Source: Sminthopsis crassicaudata
Lineage: Eukaryota
Assembly: GCF_048593235.1 (NCBI RefSeq)
Contig: NC_133617.1
Coordinates: 534,296,958-534,360,957 of the forward strand
Length of the DNA stretch: 64,000 nucleotides
Reading direction: 5' to 3'
The position numbers were made by a program, and so were the translations under genes. Positions 36,951 through 49,502 of the stretch are shown one piece after another. Below the pieces are notes generated by a model. It made no database searches and was not told the origin of the DNA. It worked only from the letters and a program-made list of their open reading frames with translations. Every line of letters begins with the position of its first letter. Position 1 is the stretch's first letter.

Positions 36951-38359
36951 CATAGTCTATTCATATTTCTCCTGGGTTTTTTCAGGCATCAGATTCCATT
37001 TTATGTCAAGATAACACAGTTGCAGACTTGAATGATATACTCCAGTAAACAGCAGATGGTCCAAGCTCTTGTCAGCTAGCTGAAAAGCTCATCAAATTCA
37101 AATATCAAAATAGGTTCTGACCTATCTCTATTCTGGAATGAGATTATGTCTTCAATCTATTCTTGGGGTAATGGTGATCTAGCTCTTATCTGGACCCTGA
37201 CTGGGTTCCATGATCTGTTCTGAGAGACTTTGGAGTGCTAGCCTAAGTTTGTTTGGAGCTTGAGTCCTACATCTGATTTTTGTAGATCAGAGAGGTGTTG
37301 GATTGCTGGCCTGCAAAATCAAACTATGTCTATGACTAGCTCTGGGTTACCCATCCTAGTGGTCTAGTTCTGATCTTGCCTTGGTGCTGAGTTTCCTGGA
37401 ATTGCTGGCTGAGTACTGTTTTCTATATTTATGCTTGCAACAATATTTATACATGCTATCTTTTTTTGTTTGCATAAAAATAATGACTGTTGGTTGATTT
37501 GTATTTAACCCTAATGAATCCTACTAATGACTGGTGACACATCATACCACTAATAGCATTATAAAAATGGGAAATGAAATTAGAGATACCACTTGTTTAA
37601 CCAAAAGACTAATTGATGTCTGTGTTGAGGAAGGGGAGTGAAAGTGGGGGGTTACATTCTGACTCATGTCATTGTCTGAAATACTAGAAATTAGAGCATT
37701 TGCAGAATGAGTGAGCAAAGGACATGCTGGCTGTAGATCTTTTTGACCTCTTTTGGTCTCTGGAGATAGGAATTATGCCATTAAAGCACATTTTGGAAAT
37801 ATCTTCTCAGAATGCACACCAATTACCCAGGAATAAATAATGAGCTGATGGCCTGAAACAATCTAGAAACTGATAATTATATGAACGTTGCACATCCAAC
37901 AAAGTCAATATCATTGGTTAAATGCACAATAATTTTCAATGCATTTCAATATAGAAGAAGTAGTTATTGATTGACAGCCTCTGGAGACAAGAAAGAGCTT
38001 AATTGAATACATAATATTTGAATACTCAACCATGTACAAAAGTTAATTGACCCTCAGCATATTCTGTTATAATACCATCTTCTTATTTATTTATTTTGGT
38101 TTTCAAAAGTCTGCCTAGCACTGAAATTCTTATGTACATATCTGCAAGGTGACCTTTATTCCAACAAATAGTATTTGGAATGATGTATCATTTTTGGCAC
38201 TTCATTTGAAACTAATTGGAGTCATAAACGGTTGAGATATTTGAAAAGTGAGAATAAATAAAATCTGAATAAATAAAAAAATTGAGAATAAGTAAAATGT
38301 TGAGATTTTTCCAATACTGTTTGCTCGAGGGCTGTATATATAAAGTTCACCTTATCATT

Positions 38360-39185
38360 CATCTGTTGAGTCATTTAAGTAACCAAACACTTTTTACCCA
38401 AAATGTACTTAGAATAATGTTAGGCACTGGGAAAGTACAAAAATAGTTAAAACATGGTTTTTACCCACATCGAGATTCTATTTATAAATATAATATATAT
38501 ACATAAATATGTAGTGCAACATAATGACAACCATATAAAATAAATTATAACAATTTAAGAAAAATATGAAATATTATGTGAAGATGAAGAAATAAAAGAT
38601 AATTTTTACTGAGGGAATTGATGAATTCTTTAGGGAAATGATAACAATTAATTAAACCTACAAGGACCTGTGTTATTTCAAAAGGTAGAAACTTCATTGA
38701 ACAGAGTGAGAATGGGTGGGAAAGAGAATGGAGGAGGGTGTTCTTCACCTAGAGAATAGTATGAACAAGGCTTAGAGGTAAAACAAAAAAACACTGAAAG
38801 AAGAAGGGATAATAGTACACAGTTTGGCTATAACTCTGCCTCTGTGGAGAGCAGTTCTGAGCTGTCAGGTGGGAAAGGTGAGGATCAGCTTGGAAAAAAC
38901 AACTGTCTTAGTTGAGGTGGGCAGTAATGACAGTTTGTACTATGGCAGTGAAAATTAAAAAAAAAAACAGGACAAATTTAAGAGGGATTATAAAAAAAAG
39001 AATTTATAAGGCTTGGTCAGTGATTTGATGTGGGAGGAAAGGGAACAGAAAGAATAAAAAATAGCATACTTTTAATAATGGATGATTGAGACAATGAGCT
39101 AAATATGGTACCTTTGACAGAGAAAAGTTAGAAGAAGGTGTCAATTTGTAGGAAGAGACAATTTCAATTTGGATATATTGCTAGA
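38360..39185 (-). mobile_element. L2 3' fragment
   Basis: CATTCATCTG..GAGTCATTTAAG...TAGGCACTGGG...GATGTGGGAGGAAAGGGA, L2 antisense pattern. Confidence 0.7.
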
Positions 39186-40655
39186 TGTGCATAACAACTA
39201 CGCATAATATGTATAACAGTATAATTCGAGACATGTGAATATATGCAGATTCAGTTCTCACACTGAAGAGGCTGTGGATCCTGCTTCTAGAAAGGCTCTA
39301 TGACACATAATGTAAAGATTCTGCTCTCTTGTTTTGGTGTAGCCATAGACATTCTGTAAATACAAGGATGTAATTTGCATGTGAGATATGCTGGGGAGCT
39401 TGCTTTCAGAAAGGTATGAAAATGTGAATAAAAGTGTCTTGCTTCCAAATTTGGAGACTATTGATAATCTAGAAATGCTTCTGGTTTTCCAAGCCTATGC
39501 GAAAGTGGCAGTTTATTGACTGACTAAATAACTAGAATGAGGTGAATTCAAAAAGCTTTAAAAGGGAAAGCCAGAGACAATTCTTATTCCTGCTTAGATG
39601 TATTACAGTGAAGAGGCAAGAACTGCTGAAAGTCCTTTATGAGGAGAGAGACTTCAGGCCTTTACCTCCCCACAGAGATTGAAGATATGTGGCCAATAAG
39701 ATCATAGCTCTGACGTTCCTTCTGTCTCTCTTATTTCTATTCTTTCACATTTTAGGTGAAGGAGTTTTGGAGATAACCATGACCTTATGAGTTTTAAAAG
39801 ATCACAATGGAAAACCATCAGAGGTTTGGGAACTAGAATTCATGCTGGGTTTTGCAGCCAACTCATGACTGTATAATACCTCAGAGCTGGATTGGAGACA
39901 TGGAGAATATGTTGAAAAATTTGCCCTGAATAGTTTACCCAGGATGTCATTATTTTTAATAGCAGGAGAATATAATGATTGGCAAGGCTAGGGTATAGAA
40001 CAGAAGAAAGAAAGAAAAAAAAGACTGATTAAATAAGCTCAATTCTTATAAACATATGCAGTATGTCTGGTTGACACAATCTCCACATGAGCATCAAATG
40101 AAATAATATTTTTAAAGCACTTTGAAAGCCTTACAAAGATATATATATATATATACATATACATCAGTTAGCTAATATTAGGTATAACTACAATTCATAG
40201 GAGGCACTGAAGAAAGTGGACAGATGGACGGAAGCCAAGATTGCATATGATAAAACAATTAGAGTATAAAAACATGGGTCACATTCCATCCTTCCTCTGA
40301 TGGACAATTGTGTAGCTTATCTTCAATATGATAAAATTTCACCTTCCCATCTCTAGCTACCAAAATGCCCCCCACTCCTAATTCTCCCCTTCTGAACCAA
40401 GCACTGGCCCCTCTGGGAAATTCTACTTCTCTGTTAATTGTTACCTGGTCACCCAAAGCAATCATTCCTCAGGTACCAATGAGGAAATGCTGTTTCCTTC
40501 TCCCTTCCCAACATATTCAATCCTTGTCCCCCAGATTGCCTTGTGCCTATGACAGCTACCTCTCAGGAGGTGGGCTCTGCCTTTTAGAATAATGATAGGT
40601 GAATAAGAGCACTGTTTTGGACCAGAAAGACTAAGAAGAGGAGGCATAAATAGGT

Positions 40656-41151
40656 TGTAATGGATCTTAGTTTTTATTATATAATCTTTTCCCTGAAATT
40701 CAAGGTTCTAATAACGTAGCCCTGCTGGCTCAGTTGCCAGTCATCTTTAATACAATCTCCCATTAATGGGAATATTTTAGAACCAATCAGGAACTGCTGC
40801 TGGTTATGAATGTTCTTTAGCAAGAGAGCACAATTGTGTCCCACTGAAACTGGTGAGTGTGCAGACTCAGCTCCATGGGAAGTACCTCAATTCAACAAAT
40901 CAGAAAAGATTCCCGATTCCCCCATTATGTTCTTCTTTCAGCTAACTGTTTTCTGTTCCCAGAAAGTCAACTAAAGTGTACTTATCAAATCTCTTAATGA
41001 CCCCAATTCTGAGCAGTTCTCTAGAGCTAAAGTATTATCTATTCCAATGCCTCTCCCCAGTGTTTTACAATAAAATCTCAAACAAGTCAGTGTGGCCCAG
41101 TTCTTAATTGCCTCTTAGATGTCATCTATCCACTCAGTACAGTTCTAGACA
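40656..41151 (+). mobile_element. Probable solo LTR (~495 bp)
   Basis: Starts TGTAAT, ends CA; CCAAT at 40783, AATAAA at 41069; no clear TSD. Confidence 0.45.
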
Positions 41152-41569
41152 ATCCAAAAAGTAAAATACTTTTCTGAAGGCCTATAACTAGTAAGTCTGA
41201 AGATTACACTCACCCCAATACACAAAGTTACATAATTTTAATAGGCAAATATTTTTAAAAGTTCTTATAAATTATTGCTTGTCTATTGTTTATGAGGGCC
41301 TGTCCCTATCCCTACATAATTAGGAAAGAACAAAATTTAAAGTAAAACTAAAAAAACAAAACAACAACAACAAAAAACCCACTAACAATAGAAAAAAAAA
41401 AAAGAGTTTTTCCTTTCAGAAGGAAAGTTTAATCTTCTTTTAGCTTTTAGAACATGAGGGACTCTTTCAATAGATAATAAAGAATTGGTACTGACTAGAC
41501 ACAAAACTATCCTGGATGAAAATTCACAATCCTTCTGATTGTCCCTCATATATTTCTCTAGCTAAATGG

Positions 41570-41820
41570 GACACTGGATTAAGTACCGAAACTCAATTCA
41601 AGAATACCTAGGTTCAGACACTTATTAGCTATGTGACATTGGACAAGTCACTTAACCTCTGTTTGCTTCAATTTACTCAATTATCAAATGGAGGTAATTG
41701 TCAATTAAGGAGGTACCTAACCCTCAAAGTTGCTGTGAAAATCAAATGAAATAATGTTTGTAAAGCAGTTATCATAGTACCTGGTACATAGTAGGTACTT
41801 AATAAATGCTTATTCCTTTC
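41570..41820 (+). mobile_element. MIR/Ther SINE
   Basis: TCAGACACTTATTAGCTATGTGACATTGGACAAGTCACTTAACCTCTGTTTG...GTACTTAATAAATGCTTATT. Confidence 0.9.
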
Positions 41821-42199
41821 CTTCTCTTCCCTTTCCTCCAATTGATTCCTATCAATGCATACAATAATCTAGATGATGGATTTGACAAATCCCCTACAGG
41901 GAATCCCATAAAACATGAAGCATTCCAAATAAAGCTCTTTCAATAGAATAAACTAACTAAATAAGAAATCAAACACAGGTAAGCCTCAAAAATAAGGGAC
42001 TTTGAAAAATGAGGTAAACACTTGTTGATTATGATTGCCTCTCTAACCTTTCAGGATGGGCTCTCAAGATGTCTCCCAAGACCCAGAGGTTAGTTTACCC
42101 CTCAAAGGATTTTATCTCTGGCTTAGACAGAGTAGGTTCAGCCCTAAGGAGTCTTTTCCCTCTAAGGACTTCTTTTAGAAACAAAGAGTAATCTTTTTA

Positions 42200-42620
42200 A
42201 TGTCAACATTTTGCCAGTGCTGTCTGTGATTATGAGCCATGGATCATGCCAGTTTCTGAAGAACTGAAAATGAATGTCACACAAAGGACAATGGAATTGA
42301 ACATAATGGGTATAAATAGGCTGCAACAAATAACCAAGGAAGAACTCTAAAGATAAGAGTAATAGATATATCAGGAAAATGTATGATAAGAAAGGAAGAT
42401 GTATTGATCATAGGATGATCACCTTATGCTAAAGGATGACAGATGATCAGCCACAGTGCTTTATTAATATTCTTGCAATGTCAAAAAAAAATCAAAGAAG
42501 GCCTCCAGGATATTTGTGGGACTCCTCATGGAGTGAAATTATGGGATGCCATGGACAAGGGTCTCACAGGTTGGAGAAGTGTGGATGTTTTGGATTTAGC
42601 AAGGAAAGGTATGCTTAACA
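42200..42620 (+). mobile_element. RTE LINE 3' fragment
   Basis: SEELKMNVTQRTME...IGINRLQQITKEEL...MYDKK and KKNQRRPPGYLWD match RTE C-terminus (QRAMER...RGRPP.RW.D). Confidence 0.85.
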
Positions 42621-44037
42621 AGGAAATTTTAATTGTACCTTTTATTTCCAAGTGTATACTTAGAAACAAAACATGGCTGTCAGGATCCATGAATATTTTC
42701 TGAACCAGTTTAGAAAACATTGATCTGTGGATCAGGAACAAACCTCATTAATTATTTATTTCATTTTCATTTAGATGGGTAATATTCTTAAGGAATTGCA
42801 GTTATGAAGCCCTGGGAACAAGTTCTATTTTTGACACAAACTGAATTATTATCATGAGCCAATCACTTCATCTCTCAGTATCCTCCAAACAACTCTTTTA
42901 AATGATAAATTATGGATAGTTACCAATATGTCTTTATGGAAGGAGTTTACACTCTGGGAATTTCTAAGATCAGTGAAATATCGAATGAAGTCTTGGCCAC
43001 TATAAAAATTATTTCTGGGGAATAACAATGAAAGAGTCTCCTTCTTTGACTTCCCATTTCTCTAATTTCTATTTTACTTGATTGTCAGTAAGGCAAATCT
43101 TTCCTTTCAGCTACAGTATATTTCTCTGGTGTCATTTTATTAAATAAATTACAGTGTCTGTCACTTGAAGCTTTTTGTATATCTCTTCTCATTTCTAGAC
43201 ATGCTGCTATTAAGGACAACTTTTTTTTAAAGCCTGAGTTATTTGTTCCTGAATTTCATTTTATTTATTTTTTTTCTTTTTGACTTTGAAAATCAATTCA
43301 TTCTTTGAAACCATGTTAAACAAATAAACAAATCAACAAACCTCCACATCCATTCAACTGCTTGAGCACTGGAATAATTCATTCATTACATCAAATTCTG
43401 TTTTGCCAGGCTAGATTGAAAAAAAAATGTTTGACCAAAAAAAGACATTTTCTTTCATTAACTTTAGTGGGTATGAGATTATATCTATTCCCCCCATTCT
43501 CAATTCTCCAGAGAAATGCAGAAATATGCCTGGTAGGAGCAACTGACAATGGAATGGGACAAGTACTTATCACCTTAAGTTTATGTCTGAATTTATGCTT
43601 CTGTTGTAGAGAAAGTGTGAAATGTATCACATGTTTTCACAGTTGTTTTCTTAAACAAGTTCTCACTGAGAATATATACTTACTGACTGTGAAACATTTC
43701 CTTTTCCAACAAAAGTACTTTTTCCTTCAAAAAGAAATATTGAAACACACAGCATAGACTGTTGTATTATATTTGTGGAGTTACAGGGGTATGAATGAGA
43801 GGTGTGAGATTCTAACAGAAGAAGATCTAGGTCATCCTCTGAACTTTGTCACATACCACAAGACCTTGGGCAAAAAATTCCATGGCCTTGTATTGCCTCC
43901 TCATTTGAATAATAGGGGTAAAATTTAGGGAACTGTGGACTCTAATGAAGTTAATAATACAATATAATGATACTTTTATATAAGGATCATTTGATCCTTA
44001 AAATAATAGGGTAGAGATATATACATATATATGAACA

Positions 44038-44041
<4 letters not shown>

Positions 44042-44084
<43 letters not shown>
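44042..44084. repeat. (TG)n microsatellite
   Basis: Seen directly. Confidence 0.95.
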
Positions 44085-44086
<2 letters not shown>

Positions 44087-44087
44087 A

Positions 44088-44222
44088 ACGGTTTCCTTTG
44101 TAATTCTATGTATTTTATTAATTTATTAATAAATGCATTAAATTAAAATTTATTAATTTAAGAACATTCATCAGATTGCCAAGGGGATCTAAGAACATAA
44201 AAATATATCCTTTGGTCTAGGG
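44088..44222. mobile_element. MER5/Charlie-type hAT MITE fragment
   Basis: TTTCCTTTGTAATTCTATGTATTTTATT...CAGATTGCCAAGGGGATC resembles the MER5-family internal motif. Confidence 0.55.
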
Positions 44223-45399
44223 GAATGATGACTCCGATTAAAATCTCTCTTAAGATTTTATTTCTCCTTGCTTCTCATACTGGGCTTCCTAAAGGTAATT
44301 CACTAAGGTTACCAGATTGGGGTGGGATAGAGAGAAATCATCATTCAGCTAATTCCTTGATGGGCAGGGAATGAGTTTACAACTTTACAGATTTATCCTC
44401 CCAGAAACTTCATCACTCTCAAATAACCAAGCACAGTAGGTTATTTCATCAGGCACTGAAATGTCCGGCATCAAAGATAGCATAGACAGAAAGCTCAAGA
44501 GGGAAAGAAACAAAATGTTCTGACTAGATTACGTCATTGAAAATGCCATGATTTGTACTGCAAGAACAGCCCTTGCTTAAATATTAGACAGAAGTGTCAG
44601 CACAAGGCTTCCTTCACGGTATAAAGGGCTCAAAGCCATGAAGAAGGGGGAAATTGTCTCTGAAGGATGTGGTTTAATCAAACTGAGTTAATTTTATACC
44701 ATAGCCCTTTCACACTTCTCTTGGTAGCTCAGCAGACAATCAGTGGATCTCATAGTTTCTCTGAATGAAAACACTGGGAATGAAACAAGCTATGATGTAT
44801 CAATGGCTCACTCAATATGTACCTTCTAAAGGCTCTAATATCTTTCATATTCCATCATCTCAACCCTCATATCTCTGTTCTAAATATAGTCTATTCTCAA
44901 CCATACATCGCTATCCAACTTGAGATTGTTGTTTTTCACAAGGATAGGTTTCATAAATTGCTGAAGGATAAAATAAAATTGAACTATATTATGAGGTTTT
45001 GATAAAATTTTGTGACTTATCTTCCTTAAATTTATTAATTAATAAAGGAGATCTAAGAAGGGAAATATTAACACATTATCTCCCACCATTTTCAAAAATA
45101 TATTATTTTCTGTAAAAAAGTCAAAAGGGTAAATTGCCACTTTTCATTTTGTTATTTTTTTTAGAAAATGGAATTTTACAAAATTCCCTAAATTGGTTTT
45201 AAAATGTCCTACTAAAATTGAATTATCATATGTTTATTTTTTGGCTTTTAATAAACATTTTTAAATATTTCTCAGGGGAATAAGATGAAATAAATGGAAG
45301 GTAATGGCATGTAGAGCAAAAGTTAAACATGAATTGTAAACAGAAGGGAAGAAATCTCAATTTAATAAATAAATAGGTAGGTTCCCTAGAAGTTGAAGT

Positions 45400-45605
45400 A
45401 GTGGGTACAAGTTACAGAATAGTATATCAGGCTTGATGTAAGGGAAAATTCTTAATAATTAAACTCATCCAAATATACAATGGACTGCTTTGGAAGACAA
45501 TAGGTTCCTTCTTCCTTAGAAATATTCCACAAAGGTTGAAGACATGTGGATTGGACTGACTAGATAGCCTCTGAGATGTTTTCTAGTTGCAAGATTCTGT
45601 GAGTG
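45400..45605 (+). mobile_element. L3/CR1 3' end
   Basis: GGCTTGATGTAAGGGAAAATTCTTAATAATT...GGATTGGACTGACTAGAT...AAGATTCTGTGA, CR1 terminal pattern. Confidence 0.75.
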
Positions 45606-46614
45606 GTCCTTAAAAAATGATATTGCATTGTGCAAAAAAGATCTTGAGTGCTTGGATGGATTAGATACCTTGAAAACTCTTAATACATGTTGAGATTTCA
45701 GGAATTATCAATCATAAGCTCATAATTCCCAAGATCAATGTACCTTTCATTGAATTCCTGCTTTATCTGGCGTGTTTATATAAGCAATCAGTGTGATTCA
45801 GACCAAACTTAACCATATTTTCCATTTTATTAACAATACTAATATTTTCTGTTCTTGGATTTGTTTTCTGGTCTAGTATCAGGGGAAATGGTTATTGGTA
45901 ATAGAATCACTAGAAGTCCCTGTTCATTTAAAATGTGACATACAGCCTGTCACAAAAGTCTTAGTTTTACATTATGATGACTTAAAATTACACCGAGACT
46001 TTTGCATATTCTTGTATATTCCTGAATTCCAACTTATTTTGCTTCTCATTTCACAAAGAATATATGACCTTGGAAGCAAGGTTTCATTTCCATAGCTCTA
46101 TGCAGTCATACTTCCTCTAGAGAAATTCTAGCTTTCTGTGGTAAGAGAATCAATATGGAATAGGTAGAGCACTCTAAAGCAGGGCTAAGCTGGTGTCTGA
46201 TATAACCGTTGTTGATGCCCTTTGGGATTTCCTGTTTGTAATTTTCTTCAAAGCTCTGCAGCTGACTCATGCCAGGATGTGAGTATTTCAGAGGATAGAT
46301 CTTACATGTTTTGATAACAATGACATTTCAACAATTCTTATATTTATCATAGAACTTGGAGAATTCCTCTACAATAATAAATTTTAGTATATTTTTATCA
46401 ACAGGGGCCTTGTTTTTATAATGATTCTAAAGCTGGATCAAAAGGAGTTTATTTTTATCATTATTTGTAGTTGTAGATAATACAACATAAGCACTTAACA
46501 ATTGCCTAATCTACACAGAGTATTATGCTAGGTACTTGGGATGACACAAGCTTATATGTCTTCCAATCAAAACTTATAAGTGAGAAAAAGAAAAAAAAAT
46601 GATAGCCTTGATAG

Positions 46615-46805
46615 GGAAATTAGTATGGCACAATGGAAAGAGCACTAGATTCGGCAATAGAGGGGCCTGGATTCAAATCTCAATTCTACCATTTATTATT
46701 TGTGTGACTTTGAGGGGTCAAGTCACTTAAATTCTTTAAGCATCAATTTATTTATAAAATGAGATTTCATCTAGTTTGATTCCCCAAGTTTTTAGCTCTA
46801 AATCT
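46615..46805 (+). mobile_element. MIR SINE
   Basis: GGAAAGAGCACTAGATT...GGATTCAAATCT...CAAGTCACTTAA. Confidence 0.75.
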
Positions 46806-46925
46806 GCGATTAATATATAAAAGTACATCATAAATGTATTAAATAGGTACAAAACAAAGTGCTCTATGAGGTCAGGGTGGGGGGAAGAAATTGTTGCCAA
46901 CTAGAAGAATCAGAAAAGGCTTCTT

Positions 46926-47612
46926 TTTTTTCTTTTAATAATTTTTATTTACCAGATATATGCATGGGTAATTTCACAACATTTACAATTGCCAAGCCTT
47001 TTGTTCTAATTTTTCCCCTCCTTTCCCCACCCCTTCCCCCAGATGGCAAGTTGACCAATATATGTTAAATATGTTAGAGTATAAGTTAATACAATATATG
47101 TATACATGTCCAAAGAGTTGTTTTGCTGTAAAAAAAAAAATTGGACTTTGAAATAGTATATAATTAGCCTGTGAAGGAAATCCAAAATGCAGGCGGACAA
47201 AATAGAGGGATTGGGAGTTCTATGTAGTGGTTCATAGTCATCTCCCAGAGTTCTTTTGCTGGGTGTAGCTGGCTCAGTTCATTACTGCTCTATTGGAACC
47301 AATTTGGTTCATCTCATTGTTGAAAATGGCCACATCCATCAGAATTGATCATTGTATAATCTTGTTGTTGACATGTACACTGATCTCCTGGTCCTGCTCA
47401 TTTCACTCAGTATCAGTTCATGTAAGTCTTTCCAGGCTTTTCTGAAATCATCCTGCTGGAAATTTCTTACAGAACAATAATATTCCATAACATTCATATA
47501 TCACAATTTATTCAGCCATTCTCCAACTGATTGGTGGCATCCATGTAGTTTCCAGTTTCTGGCCACCACAAAGAGGGCTGCCACAAACATTCTTGCACAT
47601 ATGGGTCCCTTT
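46926..47612 (-). mobile_element. 5'-truncated L1 3' end inserted in L2, with TSD
   Basis: AAGGCTTCTT at 46916-46925 and 47618-47627; poly-T tail; L1 3'UTR and ORF2 end. Confidence 0.92.
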
Positions 47613-47627
47613 CAGGGAAGGCTTCTT

Positions 47628-48385
47628 GAAGGAGATGGTATTTGAGTCTGGCTTTAAAAGACAAGTAAAATTTCAACTTGTCAAGAGAGGAAGGGCATTA
47701 ATGCATAGGGAACAACTAGAATGAAGGCAAGGTGGTGAAAGAATGCAGTAAATATTGGGGGTGTTAGAGCCTAGTGCAGATGGAGGAATAATATATGAAA
47801 ATAAAAATGGAAAGATTGGGGAGGGCCTAGAAGGAATGGCAGAAGAGTTTGTAGTAAGAAGGAACTGAACATTTTTGAGCAGAAGAGTGATATGCCCAAA
47901 ATTACTAGTTGTGTAGGAATAATTATTCTGGAAATGGCATGAATGATAATTAAGTTGAAAGTGAAAATAGAATTAGGAAGTTGTTCAGGGAAACTATTAC
48001 AATAGTCTAGGTGGGTAATGTTGAGGCTAAATAGGTCTCAGTAGAAATGGAGGAGAGGAAATCACTTTCAAAGGAATTTCTGAGATCAAATTGGTAAGGC
48101 CTAATGATTTCTGAGAAGTTAGGGAGAGGGAAAAGTCAAAAACAGCCCCAAGTTATGAACATGAGAAACTGAATGGTGATAGCACCAAACAAAAATAGTG
48201 AAGATAGAAGGAAGAATAATTTTAAGGGCAAAAATAATGAGCTTGATTTTGGACATTTGATTTTGAGATGCCAGCAAGATATTTAGGGAGAAATGTCCTG
48301 TAAGTAGTTGGCGGTGCATCTGAGAAAGATCAGAAATAAAAGATACAGTTTTGATAGTCATTAGCATCTAGATGATGGTGGAAAC
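47628..48385 (-). mobile_element. L2 fragment
   Basis: Continuation of the L2 split by the L1; reverse frame HVHNLGLFLTFP (cf. L2 .NLGVILD). Confidence 0.75.
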
Positions 48386-48999
48386 TGTGTGAAAAAAACA
48401 ATTGTATTCTGTATTTTGAGTTAATGTCTGTCAGAGACAATTCATTAATATATAAGCATTCTTACTCGGGAAAGAGATTCTGTAGTTTTACCTGCTGATT
48501 GGAATTTTTTCTGACCCAAGCAATATCTACTTAAAATGTATAATAATCATGAAATAAAAGAAAAACTTACATTGTAAGATAGAACAAGGTGCAAAGTTCC
48601 AGTTTAGGGGTTTTGATTTTCTAAAACAAAACAATAGCAATGTCAGTGTTGGTGCACTCTTAGAAAATATTGGTTTGAGAACCAATTGTTCCCTGATTAA
48701 CCTTTTTGTCTAAGTATTTTCTTTTCAATGTGTCCAAAGCTGAACAAAGAGATACAGCTTAATATGATTAAATGGAAGTTTCCTCTCTCTTAAATTTGAT
48801 TCCAGAAAACAAGACAAACTTTTCTTTAATTTTAATCTTTAGAAATCAGAACCCCTCCCTAAATTGGCTAAGTCTTTTATTCAAGGGAAAAAGATTAAGG
48901 ATTTTATTTGTGTGAGACTAAAGTACATCAGACTAGGACACTATCAAAATATTTTATAATATTTTAAAATTAACTGAATCCTTTGTGCTATGTGCTTCC

Positions 49000-49500
49000 C
49001 TATTGTGCATAAAATTGCCAATGGAGAAAGTGAAGAGTTTAAGGACAAAGAAAGATCCTTAAAAAATACATATATTAAAGGGTCAAGAAAAGGATAGGAA
49101 CCAGTAGTGCAAAACTGATAAGGAGCAATTAGAGTACAAGTGGAATCATGAGTGTAGTAACTTTGAAGTCAAGAAAGGAGAGAATATTCAGTAAGAGTGG
49201 AATGTGCTAATATAAATATATTAATAATATAATATATTAAATAATATAATAAAAATGCTAATATTTACAGAGGAGCCAAATAGGATAAAAGCTGAAAAAA
49301 CATCTGTATTTAGCAATTGGGAGGTCATTTGTGACCTTTGAGAGAATAGTTTTAGTATAGTATGGGGACAGAAACCAAATTTCAAAGGGTTGAAAAGAAG
49401 AAAGCAGGCAGTGAAATAGTAGAAGCTTCAACATTTTTCAGGACGTTTAATAATGAAGGGAAAGAAATATAGAGCATTATAGCTGTATGTATTAAAAGGA
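49000..49500 (-). mobile_element. L2 fragment
   Basis: GATTTAGCAATT.GGAGGTCATTTGTGACCTTTGAGA..AGTTT is the typical L2 antisense sequence (KVTNDLLIAKS). Confidence 0.75.
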
Positions 49501-49502
49501 TC

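Larger units (their letters stand above)
31620..37420 (-). mobile_element. Old, internally deleted near-full-length L1 with nested insertions
   Basis: ORF2 C-terminus (32135..32332 -: KLCIPFDLVI), then CCATCTGGTCCTG (antisense GPDG) at ~32418, ORF1-like antisense ~35300-36350, 5'UTR-like ~36960-37420. Confidence 0.7.

Noticed and set aside
37840-38030. L3/CR1 RT fragment
   Set aside because: Resemblance too faint to support by eye.
43362-43757. 131-aa ORF and a 21-nt micro-exon (AGAAATGCAGAAATATGCCTG)
   Set aside because: Low-complexity translation crossing A-tracts, with a weak donor. The block may be conserved non-coding DNA, but I cannot support coding.
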